DNA of 64,000 nt from Phoronis australis (taxonomy: Eukaryota > Animalia > Phoronida), in assembly GCA_002633005.1 (NCBI GenBank), contig NMRA01000738.1, forward strand, positions 1 to 64,000, read 5' to 3'. The translations under genes were made by a program, and so were the position numbers. Shown one piece after another: positions 1 to 13,700 of this stretch. Numbering within the stretch: the first letter of the stretch is position 1; each line of letters begins with the position of its first letter. The notes beneath the pieces are model-generated. The model was given only the letters and a program-made list of their open reading frames with translations, was not told the origin of the DNA and searched no databases.

Positions 1-1637
1 TGAGGTCTGTGTTTCATGTTGCACAATGCCTGTTTACCTGCATGAAAGCTGTTTTGAACTGGTGATAAATAGCAAATTTGAAATTCACCTGGGGTCTCAA
101 GCGAAGCAGGAAGCCTTTCCATTGAAATGCCTGAGTTCAGGTAAATCACACGAGTTCAATCTCACATGACTGTCCCCGAGCTGAAGAACTCCTTTCTGCC
201 CTCATCTGTTTTGTTGTGAAAAGAGGGATCTTCATTTATTAGCGCCATCTAGTGAGTTTGTAATCACCCTTTGTGCAGCATTCAGCAAAACTGCGTTTTA
301 GCAGAAAGAAGATGAGCCAAAACAGTAATGTGTTTTTCATTTAAATGGTGGACTATCAAGTGAAATTTGAAGACAAGTTAGAAGACTTATGGTGCATTTC
401 TCATACTGTTTTTGTGTCTTTTAATTAGACTTTATATGCACCGATTGTATACAGTGCTATAGGAAACTAGAAGGAATAAACCTGTGTGTGAAAATTATAC
501 CATATTGTGACATAATCTCACCAATTTCCAAGTTACCTTTTTTCCAAGGTCTTTCTAAAATTGTTGTGTAATGCCAACAATTTTTCAAGATATTTTCTAA
601 AGATATCTAGGCTCTTGAACATGACGATAATGCTTGGTTTGATGCTACTCAATCTTTTGTGAAAAAATGAGAAATTAAAATTTTACTTGTCTGCCACACT
701 GTCCTAAATTGGCGACATGTTGGTGTAAGCTGTTGTGAGAGACACTGGCTTCCCAGTATTGGTATATCAGCTGAGATCTTTAGTCTGTGGTAGTGCTACT
801 CTGATCCATCTTGGATTTCTGAGTTGTCTGCCATGGGGGTTTCCTTTTGTTATTGGGTGAAGAAGCCAGTGAACAGATGGGTGTATTGGCAGGGTGTCTG
901 GGTGTAATGTGATTATTGTTGACCACCCCTGGCTAAGGATGGTGATAATGACCATGGAGTCCCAGTGATGTGGACAATATATTCACATTTAGCTTACAGG
1001 TAAGTGGCAGCAAAACTTATTGTCCGGCGATAGTTGGGCATTTGCAAAGGCCAGGACGTTTTAAAATAAAAACCCTTCGTAAACACGCAAGTTGATGTCA
1101 GGCGTGCATGTTCAATGTCACAGTCGGGAGTCTAACAGCACGGCCTATTTAAACCAGAGCACGTTACACTACAACAAAAAGTTGCAACCTTCGGTGTATT
1201 TCCTATTTGTATTTTCATCAGAAATTTTCGTTAGGCGGAACTCGGTGATTCTTTTCATAGGTAAAGCGCCAAACACAAGCTAAACGCAAGACAATCGAGT
1301 AACGGTCGTGACATCGTCAAGACAAGGTAAAAATTACAAACCCGATATACCGATTCTCGGACTCGAGCCTTATACAGTTGTACAGTAGTAATCATCCGTT
1401 GAACGCTTTAGTGACACGGGAGTTGCGTCGATCCCAAATTACTGTATCTAAAATTTTCCTCGTCCGAAAGTCGCGGGACAAAATTCTGATGTTTATGACA
1501 ATGTCCGAAATTCAAGGATCTTTGAAAAACAGTTTTTGGACCTTGTACGAATTTCGTGGACTATGAAAAACTCATTTCGTAAATATTTAATCTTGGTCGA
1601 AAATGGCGGGCCGTCCGAAAATCACGCGACTTTACCG

Positions 1638-2280
1638 TAATAGGTGCCTACATACCAAATTTCATGAAAATCCGTTCAATACTTTTGAAGATACAAAGGT
1701 AAGCGTAAAAAACTAAAATTGCCACTAGAGGGCACACCGGTAGTCGGATCCGACCAAAAGTCGTCATCTTCCGTTGTTAACATCATATAAATATACTTAC
1801 ACAATTTGTAAAGATCCTGCGAACGGTTTAGGAGATATAGCCATAGGCGCAAAAAAAACAAAACTGCTACTAGGAGGCGCCACAGTAGTCGAAATTGTCG
1901 GAAAATCATCGTCAACCATCCTCTACATAGTAAGCATATACATGCCAATTTTCACAATCATCCTTTGAGCAGTTTGGTTGATAGAGGGGTGGACGCACAA
2001 AAACAGACTCAAAAACACTAAAAATGGCCACTAGGTGGCGCAAATTATGTCGAATCCATCTGAAAATGTGAGGATAGCGTCATCTCACTAATAGGTGCCT
2101 ACATACCAAATTTCATGAAAATCCAATAAGGACTTGTGAAGATACAAAGGTAAGCGTAAAAAAATTAAAATTGCCACTAGGGGGCACACCAGTAGTCGGA
2201 TTTGTCCAAAAGTCGTCATCTTCCGTTGTTAACATCATATAAATATACTTACACAATTTCGTAAAGATCCTGCGAACGGT
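1638..2280. repeat. Tandem satellite-like array: ~150-bp monomers in a ~451-bp higher-order unit, probably internal repeats of a Helentron/HINE-type element
   Basis: TAATAGGTGCCTACATACCAAATTTCATGAAAATCC recurs at 1638 and 2089. A GCCACTAG(A/G)xGGC core occurs at 1721, 1866, 2027 and 2173. The array ends at an N (2281). Confidence 0.8.
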
Positions 2281-2361
2281 NCTAACGGACATTGGGTAGT
2301 ATGACAATCGGCACTTATTATGCTTATATTCACGACTTTAGGTCACCGGTGTATATACCGT

Positions 2362-3834
2362 CTAGCCTTGGCACCAGGCTGCATACTAAATATACAGCTT
2401 TGCCCCCATGTGGATAAAAAACTTACCAGATGGATTTTGACACAAAATTAGTGTCCTTAAAAACTATACCCTTCCTTGAGTGCACTAAATTATTTACCAG
2501 TGTTGGAAATTTGGCGATCTACCGTTATTTTGCAGCTGAAGTTTTGGAGCGATATTATGTGTCGGCTTTCGGCACCATGAAATATTGCGTCACCTATAGG
2601 CAAGTTTCTTTTTTCGCCGATTCTTCAATCAGCTGTTGTTCTTTTACGAGGTTGTATACACGTCACAACAAATTATCGGAACTGGTTTCACTTCATTATA
2701 AGTTTTTAGAATTTTGATACCGAAAAAGAAGAAACTTTGCTGCTGCCAAGCTATCATGATATCGCGAGAGATGCCACAAAATTTTAAGGAAATGGTGCGT
2801 GCGCGTGTTACGAGCGTATTGTTTTCAAAACGACGACATAACTTTTCTTTGTTAGAAAAAGCGGAAGATTACGCAAGAAAATGGCGTTTATTAGACTGTT
2901 TATCACTAATACGGCTGTTACGGCAAAGGTGAGTGTTGTTTGATTCCCAGATTTTGCATGCACCCCGTCCGGTCTTTAGCTCTACGTGTTGATACAGGTT
3001 TCACGACGAGTTGACGAGAAGAACTACCCTGGATGTCTTCAATTTCGGAGTCCATGGAAGAAAAAAACACCTAGCGAGCCAGCTAGCTGTATGAAGACTG
3101 TCGTAAAAGTACAGCTGGGTACCACTGTGTGTATTTCTTCCGTAGACCCCGAAATTGCACACAGTTCTGCTCGTCACTTCGCCGTGAAACTTGTATCAAC
3201 ATGTAAAGCTAAAGACCGGACGGGGTGCATGCAAAATCTGGGAATCAACCGACACTCACCTTGCCCATTACAACCGTTTAAATGAAAAACAATGCAATAA
3301 ACGTCATTTTCTTGCGTAATTCTCCGCCTTTTCTAACTATGAAAATTACCTCGTCGTTTTGAAAACAGTACGATCGTGTCACACGCACGCGCCATTTCTT
3401 AAATTTTTGCGACATCTCTCGGTGGATGGTGGTAGCTTAGCAGCAGCAAAATTTCTTCTGAAATTCGGTTTTTCGGTATCAAAATTCTAAAAACTTATAA
3501 TGAAGTGAAACCAGTTCTGATAAGTTGGTGTGACGTGTACGCAACCTCGTGATAGAACAACAGTTGATTGAAGAATCGGCGAACAAAGAAACTGGCCAAT
3601 AGGTGACGCAATATTTCATTTCGCCGAAGGCCGTCGATAAAGATCGCTCCACAACTTTAGCAGCAGAATAACGGTAGAACGCCACTTTTTCCGACACCGT
3701 TAAATAATTTAGTTTACTCAAGGAAGACTGTAGTTTTTAATGACACTAATTTTGTGTCAGATTTTATCTTACCACTTTTTTACCTACATCGGTGCAAAGC
3801 TGTATATTTAGTATACAGCTTTATACCAAGGCTA
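2362..3834. repeat. Large imperfect inverted repeat (arms ~2362-3071 and ~3127-3834) formed by two copies of a non-autonomous element
   Basis: Arms align in reverse complement throughout, e.g. GCATGCACCCCGTCCGGTCTTTAGC (~2956) vs GCTAAAGACCGGACGGGGTGCATGC (~3208). Mirror ORFs 2430+ and 3479- encode near-identical peptides. Confidence 0.9.
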
Positions 3835-3891
3835 AGTGGTACCTAGCTGTATTTTGACGACAGTCTTCATACAGCTAGATGGCTGGATAGG
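3070..3891. mobile_element. MITE-like element with ~57-bp terminal inverted repeats; a further partial copy follows at ~3892-4190
   Basis: 3070-3126 (CCTAGCGAGCCAGCTAGCTGTATGAAGACTGTCGTAAAAGTACAGCTGGGTACCACT) is the reverse complement of 3835-3891 with few mismatches. Confidence 0.65.
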
Positions 3892-4712
3892 TACCACTGT
3901 GAAACTAAGAAACTGAGCAGAAGGTGACGCAATATTTTATGGCGCCGAAAGCTGACGCAGAAGAGAGTCGCTTCACAAAATAACGGTAGCATGCCAATTT
4001 TTCCAGTAATTTAGTTTACTCGAGGAACAATGTAGTTTTCAATGACACTTACGTGTATTTTGTGTCAGATTTTATCTGCTCCGTTCTTTACCCGCATCGG
4101 CGCAAAGCTATATATTTAGCATACAGCGTTGCGCCAAAGCTTTGTTTAGGCGATTGTCTTCAAACAGCTACATGTAGCTGGGTGGCTACAAGATCTGCTG
4201 TGCACACATCAAAGTTTCGTGTTACTGTTCCGGCCCGGAGTTTCGGGAATCGGGCCAAATCGGAATATTCAGATTTGTGTCGTTCCCGTAACGGAATTTT
4301 GATACGTGCGCCCCATATCGGAATATTTTTGATTAAATTTAAAACGTTAAATTGAATACAAATTCTTCTAATTCGGTATGTTTTCATGCAATCGAGACAT
4401 TGTTTCATTGTCGTAATATCACAGAAACTCACAACGTTGTGTTGCTATTAAATTTTCAATCTTAGTGCAAAGATGACAGAGTCCATATTCAAAATGGCGG
4501 CGACTACGGTTGCAAGATTTCAAGGCGAATTATTTTGAAAGTTAAGTTTCTAATATAAAGATTTCGATGAATTTGAATATAATTACTTTATACAAGAAGA
4601 TCAGGCTAATATGTGTGGTAACTTATCCACGTATTTTGCACCAAATGAAATGGCCTATTGTCGCCGACTCTTTACTAAAATATTTGCGCGATGACTTTAA
4701 TTCAGAACTTAC

Positions 4713-4793
4713 CTCAATGCCGAGAAGCTTCTCACTACTTTGTCGCCACTGACTGTAGAATCCACTAGTGAAGTATCTGGCCTTACACGATAT
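4713..4793 (-). CDS. Exon 14: ISCKARYFTSGFYSQWRQSSEKLLGIE
   Basis: Phase 0-0; ccacag acceptor and GAG|gtaagt donor; IxC...S...GI pattern completes the preceding domain. Confidence 0.82.
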
Positions 4794-7700
4794 CTGTGGC
4801 AGAAAATTGCCAGCTCTGATAAACGAAACAGTTTAAGACATTGACCACATACAATTAACGCCGTATATTGGGAGGTCGTGGAACCAATCTACTTCCGTTA
4901 GGTTGACGGCCATATTCAAAGTTGGTTTCAGTGCATAAAATAAAATTAAATTTCGATGTATTGATTTTAGTATTCAACAACAACGATATTTTAGTTAAAT
5001 GTTGGTTTTCGTTTTGGCTCACTGTTTTAACACTTTTTTTACAAAATGCGTATCCCGATGAGTGGCACAGCTACATGTCTCCAAGTAAGACAGCAGAAAA
5101 AACGTTAGCAGGCATCATTATGCGTTTGGAAAAAAGGTGTTAATTATGTTTTTACTCAAAGGGACGTTACAGTCGATAAAACTTATTTTCTGATATCAGC
5201 CCCATTTTGAAATCAAACGTGAAGTAACCCCCCCGGTCGTAGTCAAACACTCTGCTGTCGGAACTAAACCCACTGGCTGAGAATTTAAGGCGGTTTTAAC
5301 TGTTAAAGTCACCGATCTTGATTTCAGCAAATGTCTGGCTGAAAAACGGCCAATTTGGCGAATTGGGTAAAAAGCTCCGTCTCAATGAAACAAAAAGTCC
5401 GAGCAAACGAGACAAAAGTCCACAAAGTCTACAAAAATTCGGCGCGGATGCACAATTTGTAGCCCTGAACCTAGTGGCCCCGTTTTTTTTTTAGTCCTCG
5501 TTGATTTTTCTGAGTAGAAGGTCCGTGTACCGAGAAATTCGAGCTCCCTATATTTTAGGCTGGGTGCGCACAAAAACATGGAGTTAGTGATTTGTTATAA
5601 GCTCACAAAACACAACATCTTTTTTGTTTTATAGCCTTGGTCAAAAGTAATAGCTTCGCGATGCATATCCGGTCCTACCGAAATCCAAAAATGCGTTTCT
5701 CGGCCGTAAAACCGAAAACGTCATTATTTTTTACAATCACATTTTGGTAAGAAACACACCTGTTTGCCAAAATAGGACGACAGCTTGTCGTTTGAAATTC
5801 TCACTGTTTCTTCGGATCGTTGTGTTTCCACGCTGGTAGAATCAATTCTGTTCATACCCGCTAACCACATAACGTCGACGATAACAGGATCATTTTCGGT
5901 GGGCAAAGACACTAAACATGTGTACTCAAATGATGTCGAGGTGACTTCAAGTTTAATAATTGGGTCACTTTGCAGTTCCGTAATGCTTGATGCTGTAAGT
6001 ATACAAGGTCAAACGTCTTTGAAAACTCCAGTGAACAGAACATTGTGTTTATACCTACATGTAAACCGTCCTGTAACAGTCCAACACTACCGCATTTTAA
6101 ATGAACATGCTAACATCTTTAACTTTTTATTTTACACGCAAACTTAACCACTGAGTTACACTGTATTAGATAATTCAAGACTTGTCTAACAGGGGATTGC
6201 AACCCCACTTAAATAGCAATCAGAACGCGAAATCTGGAGCTTGAAGCAGCGTCTGAGTGTATTGGCCATTCCTATAATTTCTTGCTCTATCCATGGGCGT
6301 CACTGAAAAAGTTTCGGCTATAGCGCCCCGCCCCCTCCCCATCCCCCTATGGTGCGCCGTCCATGCTATCGTGCAAAAGTGGGCTTTTAATAACCCAAGA
6401 CTAGATCGTATGCGATCTTCTAAGACTTCAGCCAAGCGAACAAGACAATGAAGTTTGGTAACACCTACGTTGACATCCTGGAGTAAAACCAGTGGGTGAC
6501 ACCTGACCTGGTGGGCACGCCATGTGTTCTCCTAAAAACAGCGAATTCGTGGAGTGAGAATACAGTAAATATCACCTGATAAGTTGCTGTGCAGAAAGCA
6601 TTCAATGACGAAAATTCGTTTTGAAAAGCACTCCGCAATTTCCAGACTGGCAAATAAAGCCTATGTAATTGGGCAGAAACAAGTGCTTTCCAGGAACGAT
6701 TTTTAATTGCAAATTACACACCGTGAGTTGTTAACAGACATAATAGCCATGCCACCTAAAATAGTATAGTTAAGCAGTCAGAGTGCTTTGCTAGTATTCG
6801 TGAGATCTTTAACTCGAGTGGCCGGTCAAGAACACAGACAGGCGATTTTATCCAGACTGGCAATTACCAAAGAGGCGAAAATTACAATGTCTTCGAGTTG
6901 TTATCATTTAATACAATGACACATAGGGAAAAATTCCCCTGTGCCGACTATTGCTTGAAACGTCGGCGCATTTGTTTCTAGATACTTTTGACAGTTGTAA
7001 ATATAAGTGAGAGTGGGAGGCTGTTGTGGTAAGGCTGGTCCAACTCTATGACTGCATACTAATGAGCTTAGCCTATAGTGACTCGCTTGAGGCCTGGGCA
7101 GTTTCGTAGACTCAATAATCTCGTGGGGTAGTTTGTTTGATCTCGTGCTTGCAATACATGGCGATATCCCGCAAAGTCTTGATTGTATTTGCGTTTTTGC
7201 GAGATATTCGCCTCTACGTCACGCACGTCAAGTATTTCATGAGGGCCAGTGCTTACCAAAGCAATAGGCAGAAGCGCACGTGGTAGGTGGCGACAAATAA
7301 TATGCGACCATCTGCGGATTGCACGCCTTCACTCTCAAGGCAAAGGTGTAGGCGCAACAATTGTCTCCCACTGTGAGACACGCTTGTCGGCTAACGGAAC
7401 CTTCATTTGGTGATGGTACATCGCCTGAAACAGAAACAAGTGAAGAAGTAAAAATTTTTGTATCTTTGTACTCTTCACTGTGTGTACACAAACAAATAAT
7501 ATATATGGGACAATGCGGGAATAAATTATTAATTAAAGCACCAGATGCCATTTAGTGTATCAAAATTAAACAGGGTGCAGTACAATTTTTTCTTGTGATT
7601 TGGTCTTATACGGAGTAGCAAAACTGAAATCGGTTTTTACCAAACATCGCAATCCCGAGATTCAATACGGATGTGATTCCCTGTTATGCATGCACGGTAA

Positions 7701-10700
7701 GTTTGAGCGCGAAGGAAGTAACTTTTGAAATCATGGCATGTCCACCATTTGTAAGTGAGCAGGATCAGCATCCGGATCTCGTAACGGAGAGGTCCCAGTA
7801 GACACGAAAAGTGTCCAGGTTAATAGGATAGCTCGACGCAAACATCTGGATACACAGGACTATTGAAGTAAATTCACCTCTCATCCAGATGGGGTGCTTG
7901 GTATTGCAGTGATACTCCCTGACGCAACGTGTTGGCATATTCATCGTTGAAATGGTCTGCTGGTCGGGTGACGAAGGGGCCAAGAAGACGTACCATCCTA
8001 CATGTTATAAAACAGAAAATTTACCATACATTGTTAGGTGTACAGAGTATTTAGGGATCACTTTACGAACAACAGGATTACTACGGTTCAACAAAGTTTG
8101 CCACGAACCGCATAACAGTTCGACAGTTAATTTAGAAAACATTTAAATGATACTTTTGATTTCAAAGAACAGGTTACCCAACATTAAGGGTGCTGATTTG
8201 GCGTTGAGCTTTTGTTACTAAAATTCCAAATAGTATTGCCGACCTCCGATTTTGCAATGACGTCATATTAAACATGAGAGCAAGTGTAAACAGAAATTTA
8301 GACACTTGTGACTTACTTTATAGTAAAACGACAAATTTGAAGTTATATCCAAGAAGAAACTTCGTCTCATAGATTATTCACGTCTTATTTCATCATACCC
8401 CGAAATAACATTAATCGATATATAGCTGTGCAATCGTGATCTTTAACTTGGCGCGCCTTCTTCTGTGACGCTGTTTGAGCAAAATTAGGTCGAAGCCTAA
8501 GCACGCCAGACAACAAAATAAGAAATTACCGAGAAAAATGAACGGTGTAACATTTTGTGTAAAGCGAATTTTCAAAATATAAAGATTTGAGGTACTCGCA
8601 CTCAAGAAACCCGTGTACTTACATGTACATCTACATGTAGCTACGGAAATCGACAAACCGCGAAATCAAGTTAAAGCCGTTAGTCATGAAACTGATAAAA
8701 AGACAGCGAAGTAAACCCAATTTAAACAAGAGCAACGCGGAGCGTTGAAATGCGCCCACAATTGCACCGCATACGGTATCCTTCTAGGGTTGTTTATTGG
8801 TACCATAAAGTGGCCAGTAGAGGGCATACTTTGCAAAATGGAAAGGCATGGTCATTGTCTCATCAATAGGCTAGGGGCAAAATGTGAGTAATCTTCATAA
8901 TACAAGCACATCCTATACACCAGTTGCTTAAAGCACCACAGAAACATAGAATTAAAAACAAATTTACCAACATACGAGATTAGCACAGCATTAGAATGCC
9001 AGAAACAAATTTCTACTNNNNNNNNNNNNNNNNNNNNNNNNNNNNNNNNNNNNNNNNNNNNNNNNNNNNNNNNNNNNNNNNNNNNNNNNNNNNNNNNNNN
9101 NNNNNNNNNNNNNNNNNNNNNNNNNNNNNNNNNNNNNNNNNNNNNNNNNNNNNNNNNNNNNNNNNNNNNNNNNNNNNNNNNNNNNNNNNNNNNNNNNNNN
9201 NNNNNNNNNNNNNNNNNNNNNNNNNNNNNNNNNNNNNNNNNNNNNNNNNNNNNNNNNNNNNNNNNNNNNNNNNNNNNNNNNNNNNNNNNNNNNNNNNNNN
9301 NNNNNNNNNNNNNNNNNNNNNNNNNNNNNNNNNNNNNNNNNNNNNNNNNNNNNNNNNNNNNNNNNATGTGCCAAATTTCATGAACGTATGTCAAAGGGTT
9401 TTGGAGATAGAGCAGCGGACGCCGGACGCCAGACGCCGGACGGACGCCGCCCGGACGGACGGACGGACGGACGGACAGAGATGACGGCATAATGCGTCCA
9501 CATATAAATATGTGGGCGCATAAAAAGGATTTCAAGGATCAATTAAATTAGAGTCGGTTTTTCAGTAACGCATGCTAAAATGTTCACGGTGCAATTAGTT
9601 TGCAAAACGTATTCAAGTTCCTGCTCATTCGCCCTTACCAAATTCCCTTCTGCTGCAGCACACAATTTCACCACATTCACTCGTAACCTTCTGTGTCGTT
9701 CCCGTAAATAAATATAGAGAATACCATATTCGAATCCTTACAGTTCACTTACCTTCTTCTAAAGCAATATCACAAAGCAAATGCTTATCGACGTCTTTTC
9801 TTGTGGTCGCATTGGCGCTTCTTTCAGGAATATCGGACACTGGGTGATTGACGAGCGTTACTTGTGACATGTCGCACGGGTTGATTGAGCCATCTAGGTC
9901 CTTTGGAGCTGCAATTGTAAACAAAAAATTAAATTGACTTGAAAATTCGGTTCGAAGCAGGCCACGGAGGCCTCCTGACCTGAGCATAAATTGAAAGATT
10001 CGGTGTCCCCAATATGCACGCAGTTTTGACATGAATTCATAACTAAAACAATACATTTTATAGTCACATCCTCCCAGGGGAGTTCTGTGCCTGGTTGCAG
10101 GAAGCAGTCTCAAACAGGGACTCATCTAAGTTCTCAAAATGTACTACGTATTTATTTCGTTCTTAACTCAAACATGTTATATTTTTATCATTTTATCTTA
10201 AGTTTATTACGAACTCTTTCAGTACTGACATTTTCTAATAACATAACTAAATATGAGTCCTTAATTAGGTCATATTAATTAGCTACTTAGTCCTTAAACT
10301 AGGGTTGTTGCACAAAAAGCATTACTTATTTTCTTTAATATTGAGAATTCAACTTTGAGTTTCCTCTCGATGTGAATCAAAGTTAAAATTGACTTGGTAA
10401 TGAGACTCAAACAGCATAAGAAAGGGCAATCAGTGTTTTCACCCGTCCAAAAATACGCAGTAGATTTAGGGAACTTTAGGTTTGACTGGGTCTATGACCA
10501 GACAATTATTATTGTTAGTGCTTAGCAGTTCCCAGTGCTACGTAAATTTAGCCTTTTTGATATTATTGTCGTTTAAAATTCTGAATTTTAATTTTATTTG
10601 ACTGGGTCCAAAAATCCAAAGGACGCCATAATAAAAAGGCTAATAGGGTTGCTTGATGTTGAGCTTCCTGCATATGGTGAAAGTTTGATCAAAATCCACA

Positions 10701-13700
10701 ACTGTAGCAAAATAAAACATTTATCTTTTCGTTCACCAAAGCACGCATTGATCGGAGAGTCTTGCGAAATCAATTAGACCACATAGGTTGCGGCCGCCTG
10801 ATGAACATTTCCACGACAAAGGGTGCCAGGCTTAGTTAAAAATTACTCGTGACAAAAAGATCAGCATATGCGTGATTGATCCACGTTATTTTAGTGTACC
10901 TGAGCCCAGTTGCATAAAAGTAAAAGGCCGTGTAGCAAGAATGGCGTATCAATAACCCCCGTCACGTTGTTATTGTTGAACAATGCACCTGACGTCAAGC
11001 AACAATAAACTAAACCACTCTGCTACATTTGCCGGTTTGGCAGCGAAAATCGGAACGAGTAGGTTGGATCGATTGTTCAATTATCAAAAATAAACTACCG
11101 GTATGTGAAATATACAACAACACAGAGCTTTGACAATGGTTGTGAGAACAGTGTACATGTAATTGTTATTTTCATATTAAGATCGGCAAATCAAACCTTC
11201 GCAGGTCCGCCCATCTCCAGTAAATCCATCTTTACAAAGACACATGAATGAACCGGCGGTATTGGAACAACTTGCATTGGGGTCACAAGGGTCTAGCAAA
11301 CATTCGTCGATGTCTGAAAAGTCAACAGAGGGAAATCCTTCACAGAGAGCGCAATCGTTTTTAAATTAGTTATCTGGTATCAGAAGTTGTCTGCAATTGT
11401 AATCGGGGCCGTGTGAGGGGAACGGAGGGCACGGGTCCAACCGTCAAGGTAAGTTAAGAAACATTGAAACATGTACCGTACCAGAGAGATAAATTAACCC
11501 GTGAATTGCCCATGATAAACTTCAACCTGTAGGAACAACCATAAACCTCTAACGTTTCGTATTTAGTAATAATGTAATAAATGCAAGAGGCGTGTAACGT
11601 GTTCAGGTCTAAATTGTAACACTTTCAGGTCAAATTTTGTTGAATCATTGCATGTGAACCCGAGTTTCTGGTAGTTGCCCGCAAACAGCAAAATCTACCC
11701 ACCCAGGCGACAATGTATGCCGAGTAATACCATATGCTACNGGTAGTAGAAGTTTTGCAAAGATCTTTCTACTGAGTGTCCAGGTTTACGTTACCTTCGC
11801 ACTTCGCGCCATTCAGTTTGAAACCCTGTTGACATTCACACCTGTAGGACCCAGCAGTGTTCACACACGAAGCACCAAAACTACAGGGGGAAAGGCTGCA
11901 TTCGTTCAAATCTGCAACAAAAAAATCGCATGGCATTTTGGGAAACTTGATGGCACCGGCTGCACCTGATTCACTTCGCCGTTTCAGCAGGGTCAACTAG
12001 TGGCGTGAGTTCAGTAGATGTGAGAACCCCGCAAAAACGCATAATCAAGCTTGACTTCACGAACCAGGCGTGCGTTCAGTAGACGCTAGGACCTACGCTA
12101 GGACCTAACCAAAAGCTAGTCAAGGTCACGTGCTCTTATTTAAAATACACGGCAATATCACGCGTAATCTCGCAAAGTCTTGCTTTTAAGCTAGGTCCTA
12201 GCGTTACTCAACGGGAGGCTGATGTTGCATTAGCTTCCTTCACAATATTCTTGCGCCTAGAGAGCTCATCTCCGATTGGTTCTCGAGGGCTACTTTCAGC
12301 TTATAAACCAATCAAATATGACCAGCTGAAACTGCGGAGTGAATCAAAGTCCTCCCAATGTTTTTCATGGATTCTACCAGGAAGCCATTTCATGCAGACT
12401 TCCTCAAATGCAATGTACATGTAGGCACGAGACTGGAAAAATCCAAGTAATGGGTTATTCTTTGATTTGTTTCTTCAATCGAATGACTAAAAAGCGACAC
12501 ATTTGATGTACCTTAGGCTATAGAAAATAGCATAATTAGTTGTGGTCTGTGCTTTTTTAAATTGATGCAATGGTGCGGTATTTTTTAATAATTGAAAAAC
12601 GAAAAAGCAACCGCTTGCCAACTGGAATAGGTGCAGGTCCTTTTTTCCGTACTCTCAGCGTCGCCTGAAGCCTGATTTCAAGGAACTACAAACTCTATTG
12701 AGACCCTCAACTCAAATTTGTCAAAGGAGAAATTTGAGACGAGTTTCGTGACGGTAAGTGATCTGCATCAAAATTTAGTTTTTTGTGATGGAAGAAAGGT
12801 TTATAGCTTCCTTATTTAGGCCTATGCCAAAATCGCATTGTTGAGAGGTTGTGTGCGAGAAATATCTGGGTTCGTATTACCACGGTGCTTGAGGGGCATA
12901 ACTTAATAGTAATTCCATTGGACAAAGACCTAAGGTATGCGATAATGATCTATTTTTAAAGTATTCTGCCCTTGACATACATACATAATGGCCTTTTTTG
13001 AGGTATAGTTTGGACTAATTTAGAAGCAGAAAGTTGAAAACAGAAAATGACACTGGAGTGCAGCACGGGAGACATTTCGATATTACACAGATCTTACGCC
13101 ATGCACTTTGATGTGAAGTTTCAGAATTTGTCTTCTGTTTTGTTTGACTGTTGTGCCTAAGGATGACTTATCTTGCCTAATATCGAAACGTCGCTCACGC
13201 TGGTTTCAAGGGTCGCTTTTGCCTTCAACTTCCTGCTTATAGTTTGCTAATTTGGTGAGTTTTAGTAAGTCTTAAAGACACAACGGTCATGTTAGAACTT
13301 AGTCTAAATATTCTCACAATATTTTGTGCACCAGATATATAAGTGGTCGCTTCTTTGAATGAAATTAGGATCTGTAACCGTAGTCACATGTGTATACATC
13401 AAAGTTATCTTAATCCGTCTGACCGGGTTCATAATTACATTTATCACTGATTTGTCATCATTCAAGTTCTCAGTGCAATAAATTTGCAGATACTCCTACC
13501 TTCACATAACCAACCATCCCCACTATAACCTGATTCACACTGACATGTGTATGATCCATTTGTATTGGAGCACGCGGCCTTTGGATGACAAGGAGACCGG
13601 CGACATTCGTCAATATCTGAAAATAACCATTTCGTCAAAAGACGCAATTATATTATCTCCGCGTACAGTGCCCTATAAGTAACGAAGTACTTCAAAGTCG

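Noticed and set aside
1676-2307. Similar ORFs 1676-1948 and 2113-2307
   Set aside because: Translation of tandem satellite units.
2430-3721. Paralogous ORF pair 2430-2717(+) and 3479-3721(-)
   Set aside because: By-product of the inverted repeat; no recognisable domain or splice structure.
8852-9535. Long ORFs across the first gap
   Set aside because: Length is due to N runs and the (GGAC)n repeat.
4713-9908. Calling the gene uromodulin/GP2
   Set aside because: The D8C module is followed by a VWDE-like linker and an Ig-like segment, not by EGF-ZP. Orthology cannot be assigned, so no gene symbol is given.
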